From the NCBI RefSeq assembly GCF_006345805.1, contig NW_021835260.1, positions 1 to 41,861 on the forward strand: DNA of 41,861 nt, written 5' to 3'. The notes below the pieces were generated by a model that saw nothing but the letters and a program-made list of their open reading frames with translations, was not told the DNA's origin and ran no database searches. The first letter of the stretch is position 1. Each line of letters opens with the position of its first letter. The stretch comes from Octopus sinensis. Taxonomy: Eukaryota. Both the position numbers and the translations under genes were made by a program. Positions 22,395-34,053 of the stretch are shown here, piece by piece.

Positions 22395-25300
22395 TTGCTA
22401 ACAAGGCTGACACCTGGACTTACAGGGCACATACAACAAATACAGACAGCCCAGCAGACCGAATATCCAGTCAGCACAGTCCCAGCAACTACAACAGTCT
22501 TGCCAACAATAGGGCAGATGTATCCGGTACAACAAGCATAATAACAGCAAATATCCAGGGTCTTTATCCGAAAACAAAACAGTGTAAAGTCCCTTTCTTG
22601 TAAGAATTAGCAACAGAAAACAACTCCAAAATAATTGGAATTACTGAAAGTCATCTCAACGAAAACATCCGCAACAGCGAAATCACAATCAATAGATTCA
22701 ACATCTTCAGATGTGATAGACAAGGCAGATCCCATGGGGGCGTTATCATGTATATCCATGATACCTATGCATGCATAGAACTTGTCAATGAATCAAATGC
22801 CTACTGCAACCTGCTGTGCATAAAAATCATCCAACTTAATACAGTTGTAACAATAATGTACAGACCGCCAAACAGCCCAACATTATCCTTCACTGAGCCA
22901 CTGACGAAGCTCCAACAAATTCTGGGAAACATGGCAAGTCCAATGCCAGACATTATCCTCCTTGGTGACTTCAACTTCCCTAACATCATCTGGCCACATG
23001 GACACATACTAAAACTGGGGACAAAAGCTGAACAAATACAGGCAGCCAAACTGTTGGAAGTCACAGAGAAATTATACCTTAAACAAATGATGACAGAAGC
23101 AACAAGAAATAATAATACGATCGACTTGGTTTTCACCAACAACGAGGACACGCTATTTGACCTTCACTCAACCCCAACAATCCTTTCAGACCACAATATT
23201 ATTGAAATGCATTTACACATTGGTAATGAGCCCAATGCCACAACTCTTAAACAAAAGGACATGCCAAAGCTATGCAGGTATGATTATCACCAGGCAAATT
23301 GGGAAACTATTAACAACCAGTTACAAATCATTGACTGGGATCTCTACCTTACTGGGCCAGATAAACACAAGAAATTCTTAAACAAGATCGAAGAATATGT
23401 GAAAAAAATGTTCCTCTAAAGAAAACCAAGTCCACAAAAAAACCTGTACCACGGGAGCGAAAGATCCTGATGCGCAAAAGGTCAAGACTAAGAAACAAAA
23501 CATCTAAGCTGACATCAAAACATGAATTACAGAAAGTCCTTGACCAAATATACAGATTAGAAAACAATCTAAAACAACACTATGATGAAGAACGTAACAA
23601 TGCAGAAAAGAGAGCCATAGAAAACATCAAGAAAATCCAAAATGTTTCTACAGTTTTGCAAAGAAATACTCGAACACCAAGTCAACAATAGGACCTCTCC
23701 AGAAACAAAATGGGGATGTAGTGAATAACCCTATTGAAATGGCAGAAATGTTGGGTCAACAGTATGAAAGTGTCTTCAGTGAGCCATCTAAAACCATGAA
23801 GATCCATGACCCAGGAAAATTCTTCAAGGATATCGACCATACTAAACCTACCCTATCCGACATTGATTTCAACCAGAAGACATAGCAAGAGCAATAGACA
23901 AGCTCTCCATGCACTCGGCTGCGGGGCCTGACGGTTTCAATGCCATGATACTTAAAAACTGCAAGGCACAATTGTTGAAACCCCTTTACATGATATGGAG
24001 GGAATCTATGGAGAATGGCAAAATACCAAATACATATAAAGAAGCACACATAACTCCAATACATAAAGGGGACAGCAAATCAAAACCAAAGAACTACCGA
24101 CCAATCTCACTGACATCACACATTATCAAGGTCTTCGAAAGAATAGTTCGTGGAAAACTGGTTGAGTTCCTGGAATCCAACAATCTGATGAATTGCAACC
24201 AGCATGGATTCAGGTTAGGTAGATCATGCCTTTCCCAACTACTGGCACACCATGACCAAATCCTAGAAAATCTAGAGAATGGATACAACACAGATGTTAC
24301 CTACCTCGACTTTGCCAAGGCATTTGACAAGGTAGATCATGGCATCCTGGGTCACAAACTTCGAAAGCTAGGAGTAGGAGGAAAAGTTGGTACATGGATA
24401 CACGAGTTCCTTACAAATAGAACTCAAACAGTCACTGTGAATGGAACCCATTCAACACCATCACCTGTGACCAGCAGTGTTCCTCAGGGTACAGTACTCG
24501 GCCCAATCCTGTTTCTCATCCTCATCTCTGACATAGATGAAGATACAACCAGCAACGTCTCATCCTTTGCTGATGACACCAGGGTCATGAGACAAATCAA
24601 AGACGAGGTGGATACAGAGGTCTTACAAAAGGACCTGACCACCATATATAAATGGCAAGAAATAAACAACATGTTGTTCAATGATAAGAAGTTTGAACTA
24701 ATTCGCTACGGAACAGATCAAGATCTGAAAAATACAACAAACTACAGAAACCCATCAGGACAACAAATAATGGAAAAACAGTATGTGAAAGATTTAGGCA
24801 TCCACATGGGAACCAACCTAAAATTCAGAGAACACCTTGACTCAGTCTGTCTTACTGCAAGAAAGTACAGCGGGTGGATCTTGCGCACCTTCAAATCAAG
24901 AGATACCTCAACAATGAAAACCCTCTGGAACAGTATGATACTTCCGAGGATTGACTACTGTTCTCAGTTGTGGTCACCAACAACAAAGGGCCAACTATCT
25001 AAGATAGAATCGCTCCAAAGAAATTTTACCTCATACTTCTCAGAAACGAGGGACCTGGACTATTGGCAAAGACTCAAAACCTTGAGGATGTACTCAATAG
25101 AAAGAAGATTTGAGCGATACCAAATTATATACATTTGGAAAATGATAGAGCAGAAGGTGCCAAACTTTGGTATCAAAACCTACCACTCACTGCGCCACGG
25201 AAGACGCTGCCAGCTGCCACCAATCAACAAAAAGGCTGGCCAGGCAGCCAAAACCCTGCGAGAATCAAGTCTGTTGGTTCGAGGAGCACAACTGTTCAAC

Positions 25301-25566
25301 TCCATTCCAGTACATGTCAGAAATCTATCAGGATGCAGTGTGGAATCATTCAAATTGCAACTGGATAGATACTTAAGCACCATTAGAGATGAACCCCATC
25401 TCCCAGGATATACACAACGAGCACAAACTGACTCAAACTCGCTCCTACACATGTCAAAATTAAGCAGAGAATACAACCTGGCAACCACACCAGACTCTGA
25501 GGGTGGAGTCTTCGACTTAGCCTGAGCATGGACTCAAACCCAAATGAAATGAAATGAAATGAAATG
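22395..25566 (+). mobile_element. CR1/L2-group LINE, 5'-truncated, nested in the Helitron
   Basis: APE endonuclease ('ITANIQGL', 'GITESHL', 'RSHGGV', 'YRPP', 'LLGDFN', 'IDLVF', 'SDH') and RT; (GAAAT)n tail at ~25544-25566. Confidence 0.92.
22540..25525 (+). pseudogene. CR1/L2-type ORF2 with a few disablements; RT part 23909-25525 is open (538 codons)
   Basis: Stop at 22601-22603, frameshifts near 23400 and 23640, stop near 23884; RT motifs 'NYRPISLTS', 'QHGF', 'YLDFAKAFD', 'VPQGTVLGP', 'FADD', 'KDLG'. Confidence 0.9.
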
Positions 25567-26039
25567 AGTTAAGTCCCTTCTTGCCATAACGAAGTGAAAA
25601 TGTGTGTGTGTGTGTGTGAGGGAGAGAGAAGTTGTGTTGATGTATGTATGTGTGTGTGTGAGGGAGACAGATGTTGCGTGTTGTTGTGTGTGTGTGTGTG
25701 AGGGAGAGATAGAGTAAGTGACAGTGTTCACCAAAAATAAAAATGTAAAATGTTTTTTTTTCTTATACACGAGATATAGTATTCAAATTTAGGATGTTTT
25801 TGAAAGACACTATACTTTATAATCAGATTATATATACTTTCTCACACAACAATTAAAATATATTTATTTTAAATCGTTTATTTATTTTAAATCGTTCATC
25901 TTTCTCCCTGCCCCCCCCTCTCTCTCACACACACACACATTACTTTGGGCACGAAAGAGTTTGTTTTACATTGAGGAAAAAATTTTTTGTTGAGAATCTA
26001 TGTTATAGAAACATTAAGTTTCTGAAAAGACGTGCATTT

Positions 26040-28310
26040 AATGTTTCTGAAAAGAAAGAGGCTTGGAGAAGCTATTATGAAAGACTGCTGAATGTAGAGA
26101 ATGAATGGGAGGAGAAGAGCCTGCCAAATGTTAACCCAGTAGAAGGACCAGCTATCCGAATAAACAGCCCCCTAGTAGGTAAAGCAATTAAGGGTATGAA
26201 GCTAGGAAAAGCCCCCAGCCTATCAAGAATCACTGCTGAGATGCTTAAAACATCTGGTGGAGTGGGCTATGGCCTAGTCACATGCATTGTAAACCAGGTA
26301 GTTCAACATGGAGCCATACCCAATGACTGGCATAGCAGCACCATAGTCAACTGCTACAAGGGTAAAGGTGATGCTCTAGATAGAAACAACTACAAGGGTA
26401 TTAAACTGCTGGATCAGGTGATGACTGTCACAGAGAGGGTCATAGCCCATCTCATTAGGGAGAGAGTCTGCTTAGATGAGATGCAGTTTGATTTTGTTCT
26501 GGGTAGAAGCACCACTGATGCCATATTACTGGTTTGACAACTGCAGGAGAAATACCTAGCTAAAGATAAACCCCTGTACTTAGCTTTTGTGGACTTGGAG
26601 AAAGCCTTTGAGAGGGTTCCCTGATCCCTTATCTGGTGGGTGATGTAGAAACTGGGGACTGACGAATGGTTAATAAGGGCTGTACAGACAGGTCGTTAGT
26701 ATGGTTAGGCTTGGCAATTAGTGAAGAATTCCATGTAGAATTAGGAGTCCATCAAGGTTCAGCCCTCAGCCCCCTTTTATTCATCATAGTCCTCTAGGCA
26801 ATAACAGGGGAATTGAAGATGGGTTGCCCTTGAGAGCTCCTCTATGCTGATGACCTGGCTTTCATAGCAGAATCACTATCGGAACTAGAAAAGAAATTTC
26901 GGCTGTGGAAGCAAGGTTTCGAATCAAAACACCTTAGAGTCAATGTATCAAAGACTAAAGTTCTAGTAAGTAGGAAGGCGAACTCATCACCCCCCCTCTC
27001 AATCTGTAGAAAAGGTGTAGGTAGAAACTCCATAAGATGTACCCAGTGTAAGCTATGGATGCATAAGAGGTGCAGCAACATCAGAGGAAAATTAACCGAG
27101 AAGATAGCTTTTGTGTGCAGCAGATGCACAGGGGCAATAGACACCACAGATACTGAGAAAACAGATTTCATCACACTCCAGGGGGAGAAACTAGAAGTAG
27201 TTGATAGTTTCCACTACCTAGGTGACCAAGTTAGTAGTGGAGGTGGATTCTCATAGAGTGTCACCACTAGAATATGAATAGCCTGGGCAAAGTTTAGAAA
27301 GTTTCTACCCCTACTGGTGACAAAGGGTCTCTCGCACAGAGTGAATGGTAGATTGTACGATGCATGTGTGTGAACTACAATGCTTCAAGGTAGTGAAATA
27401 TGGACTGTGACTGCAGAGGACATGCATAGGCTTGAAAGAAATGAAGCTAGCATGATCCGCTGGATGTGTAATGTTAGTGTGCACACATGACAGAGTGTAA
27501 GTGTCCTGAGAGAAATACTGGACATAAGAAGCATTGGATGTGGCGTGCAAGAGAGACATTTGCACTTATTTGGTCATGCACTACAGATGGATGAGGAAAG
27601 ATGTGTGAAGAAATGCCACTCCCAAACAGTTGAAAGAATCCAGGGTAGAGGTAGACCCAGGAATACATGGGATGTGGTGGTCAAGCATGACCTTCGAACG
27701 TTGGGCCTCACAGAGGCAATGACGAAATACCGAGAACTCTGGAGGTATGCTGTGACTGTGAAAACCCGACAGATAATGTGAGTTCATGGCTGTCTCCTGC
27801 ACCAGCTTCACATAGCAGCCCCAACCCATCCAAAGTACCTTGGATCACAGGACGGCCTGTTGTGCTTATCTTGGATTGTAGGGTGGCCTGCTGGCTTGAG
27901 CAGACCTATTGAGTCAAGTACATCAACATGAAATAAAAATCAAATGGAAATTGTAGTAGTGATACCTGTGCTGGTGTCACGTAAAAAGCACCATCCGAAC
28001 GTGGCCGATGCCAGCGCCGCCTTGACTGGCTTCCGTGCCGGTGGCACATAAAAAGCACCAGCCGATCGTGGCTATTGCCAGCCTCCCCTGATGCCTGTGC
28101 CGGTGGCACATAAAAAGCACCCTCTACATTCACGGAGTTGTTGGTGTTAGGAAGGGCATCTAGCTGTAGAAACACTGCCAGATCAGACTGGAGCCTGGTG
28201 CAGCCTCCTGGTTTCTCAGACCCCAGTCGAACCGTCCAACCCATGCTAGCATGGAAAACGGACGTTGAACAATGATGATGATGATGACGGTGATGATGAC
28301 GATGACGGAA
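26040..28310 (+). mobile_element. Decayed 5'-truncated RTE LINE nested in the Helitron
   Basis: 'EAWRSYYERLLNVENEWEEKSLPNV...NNYKGIKLLDQ...DEMQF' aligns with the 17989-20637 ORF; many stops; UTR repeats ~27960-28120; tail and (GAT)n to ~28305. Confidence 0.95.
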
Positions 28311-28779
28311 ACAAAGAGTTAGGTATCAATTTTTCAATGAATTACGCAATATAAATGGGTATTTGTAGCATATTAGGAGGCCAGGGTAGTTGATTCCATG
28401 CAAAAAATCCGATTTTTTTTTCTTAGTGAAAATTGTGTGAGCTTTATCTAAAAATTTGCCTAGAGTGTTTCATGGTAAATTTGAGAGTAAAAAAAAAATG
28501 CTTTCCATATTCTTAATCTCCATATTTTTCCATGTACATTGAAAAATAGATGATGAAATGATCAATGGGTATGGGGTGTGAAATTTCAGAAGCTTCCACC
28601 ACACCACACCCTGTTTTTTGGACCATATAAAGGGTTTTGTAGCATATTTGGTGGCCATGGTAGTTGATTCCAAGCAAAAATCCAATTTTTTTACTTAGTG
28701 AAAATCGTGCAAGTGTTAATCTAAAAATTTAATTTAAAACCTTTTTCCATTCATTTCTGTTTATGAAATTCTCTGTATG

Positions 28780-30100
28780 TAATTTTGCTTCCTTGGTGGT
28801 CAAGGCAAATGATGACTGGCAAAGCAACAGTGCCCTAATGCTGACATTGGATACAATGGCCTGATCTACAATAATGCGCTGATTGAAATCAAGGATGCCC
28901 TGCTCAGAATGGGTGGGGCAGCGTTAAACACATTCGGTTTGCCATCCTCATTGCGACAGGGCATTAACACACTCCCACCAAAGTTACATCTGGACTTGTC
29001 ATATGACGCTGATGGCCTTGCAGAGTACCTGAGAGTAAATGAACCGAAACTGCTGCCTGATCAGAGGCTAGTGTACGAAACTGTCGTCAGTGCCATTAAA
29101 AAACAGGTGGGTGGCATTTTTTTCCTCAGTGCTGCTAGAGGTACCAGCAAATCCTTTGTAACACAATTAATACTTGATAATATTCATTGCAAGAAACAAA
29201 TTGCACTAGCAGTTGCTTCCTTGGGAATCGCTGCTACGTTATTGCCGGGAGGTAGGACGGTGCACTCAGCATTCAGGCTGCCTTTACATTTGGTGAGGGC
29301 TGAGGTTCCTACTTGCAAGATTGGCAAAATTTCAGAGGAAAATGAAGTTCTTAGTGCCATCTCATTGTATGGGATGAATGCACAATGACAAGTAAGGGTG
29401 CCCTTGAGGCACTGGACCGGTCACTGAAAGGTATTAGGGATTCTACAGCTTCTATGAGTGGTGTAACTCTATTGCTTTCAGGAGATTTCTGGCAAACACT
29501 TCCTGTCATCCCTAAAGGGAGCCAGGCTGATGAAGCGCGTGCATGCCTTAAGTCATCGACGTTGTGGCTCCAGGTTAAGACCTTAAGTCTAAGCGCAAAC
29601 ATGTGTGCACACTTGCTTGGTGATAGCACGTCTGCAGCATTTGCTGAAGTCATTTTAACCCTTGGAGAAGGCAAGTTCCCAAGGAATTATAGGGGTGACA
29701 TATCCATCTCTGAACTGTGCAACACTGTGGACAACCCTTCCAATCTTTCGGAAACAGTGTTCCCCAATCTGGAGGGGAACACTCCAACATGGCTTCCACT
29801 CACATTCTTAGGCTAAGGGTTGGATGCCCAATTATGCTAATTAGAAACTTTTTCCGCCTAAACAGTGCAATGGGACCTGCTTAGTAATCAAGTCTCTGAC
29901 GCCCCACTTGACTGAGGCCACCATTGTTACAGGGTGCGGGAGGGGTGAAAATATTTCCATTTCAAGGATGCAGCTTTATCCCTCAGGGTCAGACATGCCA
30001 TTTAACCTCCACAGATCACAGTTCCCAGTGAGATCATGCTTCACCATGTCCATCAACAAATCCCAAGGCCAAACACTATTGGTGGCAGGCATCCATTTGA
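28780..30100 (+). pseudogene. Helitron PIF1-family helicase remnant
   Basis: 'YNNALIEIKD', degenerate Walker A 'FFLSAARGTSKSF', 'AVASLGIAATLLPGGRTVHSAFRLP', 'WDECTMTSKGALEALDRSL', 'LLSGDFWQTLPVI', 'QFPVRSCFTMSINKSQGQTL'; frameshifted. Confidence 0.93.
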
Positions 30101-30729
30101 GGTTTTCCATTCAATCAGGATAAAAAATTGATGAAACAATTCCTTATAGGATTTCCTACTAATATTGGCTACACCCCATTTTCAACCATAACTTTCACAT
30201 ATTTTGACATATTTTCCCCAAACTTGATGCCAGCATTACTTAGGACCCATGGAATCTTTGAATGCTGTAAGTTCTCAAAAAAAAATAAATAAACAATTGC
30301 TGAATGGAAATAATTGATAAACCAATTCCTTATGGGATTTCATAATCAAATTGCCTGCAACCCATTTTCAGCCAAAAGTATACCAATTTCAATGGATTTC
30401 ACTCAAATTTGATGTCGGTGTCACTTATTTTGGTTTGAAATAAAGCGTTTGATCACTTTATAATCCTAACTTAATTCCGGGCAACACCGGGCTATACTGC
30501 AAGTAAAATATATAATGAAATAACATAAAGAAGTAAGCAGAAATAATGAATGAATTAATTAATTATAAATAAAAATAACCACACAAGCAAATTTATTTCA
30601 CCTTTATATTTTTATTTATTCTTTACTCCTTACTTATTTACCTTATTTTATTTTATTTATGTTGTATAAATACCAACAATATTATCCATGTATACATATA
30701 CACATAATATAATCCATCTATGCATAGTA

Positions 30730-31045
30730 AAGGCACATGGCTTAGTGGTTAGGGCATTCAGCTCATGATCAAAAGATCATAAGTTCAATTCCTGGTGACG
30801 CATTTTGTCCTTGAGCAAGACACTTTATTTCACATTGCTCCAGTTCACTCAGCTGGCAAAAATGAGTAGCACTTGTATTTTAAAGGGCCAGCCACGTCAT
30901 GCTGAATCTCCCTGAGAACTACGTTAAGGTTACACATGTCTGTGGAGTGCTCAGCCACTTGCACATTAATTTCATGAGCAAGCTGTCCTGTCGATCATAT
31001 CAGCTAGGACCTTTGTCATCATAACCAATGGAGTGCTCCTCAATG
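30730..31045 (+). mobile_element. tRNA-derived SINE (family C)
   Basis: A-box 'tggcttagtgg', B-box 'agttcaattcc', core 'gtccttgagcaagacacttt...ctccagttcactcagctg'. Confidence 0.8.
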
Positions 31046-31179
31046 TAATCCATGTATGCATATACACACACAGATGTATACTTGTGCATGAATTCCCACA
31101 TAAACTTTCCCTTTATTTCTAATTTTTATTCTTATCTTATTTATTCTATATTCATTATTTCTGCTGCCTTATTTCATTT

Positions 31180-31445
31180 TATTACCAGCTGAAATACCTA
31201 CTGTTGCCCAGGTTAAAGAAAATAATGAAATTTAAAAATACCTTTTAGATCTCTAACATGAAACATAGACTACACTGGTCTTACCTCCTAGTAGCTGAGA
31301 TACCAACTTTATACATTAACAGCCTGCCGTTTCCCAGGTTATTGGAAATAATGAAATTTAAATATGCCTTTTAAATCTCTAACTAAAGTGAAACCTGGAT
31401 TATGCAGTTCTCAACAGTAATTAGCTGAGGTACAAACTATTAATG
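31180..31445. repeat. ~125 bp diverged tandem repeat (2 units plus)
   Basis: 'cccaggtta..g.aaataatgaaatttaaa.at.cctttta.atctctaac' at ~31207 and ~31334; 'agctga.ata/gta' at 31188, 31293 and 31424. Confidence 0.7.
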
Positions 31446-31689
31446 TCAATGACATGTTTTATCCAATGTTTTCACTGTTAGAACTGTTAAAGACCAGGTA
31501 GTTCTTTGTCTTTGCAATCACCTTCAATTATCAGTACTTATTTGAAATGCATTGAAATGCATTGAACCTTAAAGTGCATAAATTTGAGAAGAACCAGTCT
31601 GCAGGCACTCTCCTCCTGTTAATAAGTACATTTAATAAAAATTCTATGTGATGATGTGAGTATAAACAAATGTATTGAAACAAATCCAG

Positions 31690-32315
31690 CAATCAGTCAC
31701 AGTTTAATTATCTAGAGCTTCTAAATGATGTTTAGAGTGTGTCCTGTAATTGGTGTATAAATGAAAAGATTTGGAGGACTTCCAACCTGCGAACATCCTA
31801 CATATAATTGCCCATGCGAGAAGCAAGGTGAAGTTCAACAAGAGAGGCTGTCCTTATTTATTAACATAGTGAAACTTAGTTTCACTGGGAGCTGGAACCA
31901 TTCAAAGGGGATGTCATGTGGGATTAACAGGATCTGTGGAATGAAGACATCCTCAGTCTTATAGTTCTTAGTCATAATTATTGCTTCTGAGACATGGAGT
32001 CACATCACTTTCACCACCAGTCTGGTGCCATTGCACAGACGAGGTGATTCCAGATTCCTGAGCAGCATGATTGGGGCCTCCTTTTTAAGTGTTAAGTGAT
32101 GAGGTAGCATCCCAGATGGCTGTAGAGAGTTCAAGAACTTAGTTTGAAAGACTAACAGCTACAAGAGATCCCAGTCGATTTTGTTAATAGCATCATTACA
32201 TGGTACTAAGATGGCTCGCTCACAGAGCCATTGACTGTTGCTAAAGTTTTGTGCAGTGTTTGGGAGCACATGCATTATGAGATCATTGACAGTTGGTACC
32301 ATCTCACCACAGGCT
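31690..32315 (-). pseudogene. Second Helitron helicase remnant (C-terminal part)
   Basis: Minus strand: 'QWLCERAIL', 'FLNSLQPSGMLPHHLTLKKEAPIMLLRNLESPRLCNGTRL', 'VFIPQI', 'QLPVKLSF', 'PCFSHGQLYVGCS'. Confidence 0.92.
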
Positions 32316-32814
32316 TTCTGCCCCTCCCCACCAACTTTGGATGATGATAACTTTCAGAAAAATGGATAGTTTTTAATGAAATTTTTTAATGAATATGTGT
32401 TATATCATGTAGATTCCCAACATACAAGGTTTGGGGGAAAAGTATTTTAGCAGGGGTTGGAGGAGGACTTTCGGAAAATTCACCGGAATCCACTTGAATT
32501 TGTCTTAACTTTCAGAAAATGGATATTTTTTAATACAAATATACCTTGAAGTATGTAGATTCCATCCATATAGGATTTGGGAGGAAAACAATTGGAGATT
32601 ATTTTTGTGAACTATTCCCCACTGGGGGATGTTTCAGAACAAGTTATCCATATTTGTTTCTGTTTCTCCGTTTTGTGCGTTTGTGCACCTGTATATAACC
32701 CTTAACCCTGTATATAACCCTTAACCCTAGTTGTAAAATTTCAAGAAAAAAATTGAAAAGTTAAAGAGTGGGTGTATTAAAAAGTCTAAAAGTAGATTTT
32801 TTGCATATTCTCTT

Positions 32815-32816
<2 letters not shown>

Positions 32817-32879
<63 letters not shown>

Positions 32880-32988
32880 TAAGTATATATCTTACACAAA
32901 TAGAAAGCCAGAGAAGAAAATACAAAATGTAAGTGAATTTAGAATTTGTTTTTATCTGAAATCGTCAGAACTGTAATGATGTATGCCT

Positions 32989-33030
<42 letters not shown>
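32817..33030. repeat. (CA)n at ~32817-32872 and (TG)n at ~32992-33030
   Basis: Direct reading. Confidence 0.95.
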
Positions 33031-33032
<2 letters not shown>

Positions 33033-33606
33033 ATAAATAGCTGTTTACTTAGTTACTATGTTGACATTGACAATACAATTAAGTGAAAGTGTTAATTAGC
33101 TGATTTGCATCAAGAATAATCACATGGGATTTAAATGTGAAATATCAAGTCTTAATAAAGCCACTTGTTCCCAAAATGGACAAAATATGTTTTGGAAAAT
33201 TAATGTAACCTCATTTAATTAACCTCATTTAATTAAGTTAAAAAATGGTGTCTATCTCCGTATGAAATTATTTTTCTGACATGAAAGTACCTTTAGAAAT
33301 TCTTTTTGTCAGAATCATCACAACTGTAATGATGTATACATACATGTGTGTGTAGATATCTGGTTAGGACATCAAAGACTGGAAGTTCAAGCACAGGAAG
33401 TTGAGAAAACGATTTGAACACGTGAATCTTTTCTATAGAGCAATATTATTCATTTTAAAAAATTAAAAATAAATCAAGGTTGCATTATTCTTTCCAAGGT
33501 CAAATTATTCATGTACCCCAAGTATGGTACAAATTGATTCAGAACTTTGAGAATGCATTGAGGACACACACACACAGGGCATTTTTTTTATATTAAGATA
33601 TTATAT

Positions 33607-33971
33607 GTGTGGTAAGTAGCTTGCTAACCAACCACATGGTTCCGTGGCATCTTGGGCAAGTGTCTTCTGCTATAGCCTCGGGCCGACCAATGCCTTGTGA
33701 GTGGATTTGGTAGATGGAAACTGAAAGAAGCCCGTCGTATATATATATGTGTGTTTGTGTGTCTGTGTTTGTCCCCCTAGCATTGCTTGACAACCGATGC
33801 TGGTGTGTTTACATCCCCATCACTTAGCGGTTCGGCAAAAAGAGACCGATAGAATAAGTACTGGGCTTACAAAAGAATAAGTTCCGGGGTCGATTTGCTC
33901 GACTAAAGGCGGTGCTCCAGCATGGCCGCAGTCAAATGACTGAAACAAGTAAAAGAGTAAAGAGTAAGAGT
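33607..33971 (+). mobile_element. tRNA-derived SINE (family B), well preserved, B-box missing
   Basis: 'gtggtaagtagcttgctaaccaaccacatggttcc|gtggcatcttgggcaagtgtc...ggcggtgctccagcatggccgc...(aagagt)n'. Confidence 0.85.
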
Positions 33972-34053
33972 ATTTTAATCACCTACTTTTACTCTTATAT
34001 AATTTAATTGATTATTATCATTATTATTAAATTTAAATATAAATATGAATATT

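Larger units (their letters stand above)
22197..30503 (+). mobile_element. Helitron (rolling-circle transposon), non-autonomous, with nested LINE insertions
   Basis: 5' TC ('tctgtatatataaaaggc') after A22196; 3' hairpin ccgg-gcaaca-ccgg (30477-30490) then CAAG (variant of CTRR/CTAG) before T30504; joined flanks reproduce the sequence at 17444-17519; internal PIF1-type helicase remnant. Confidence 0.8.
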
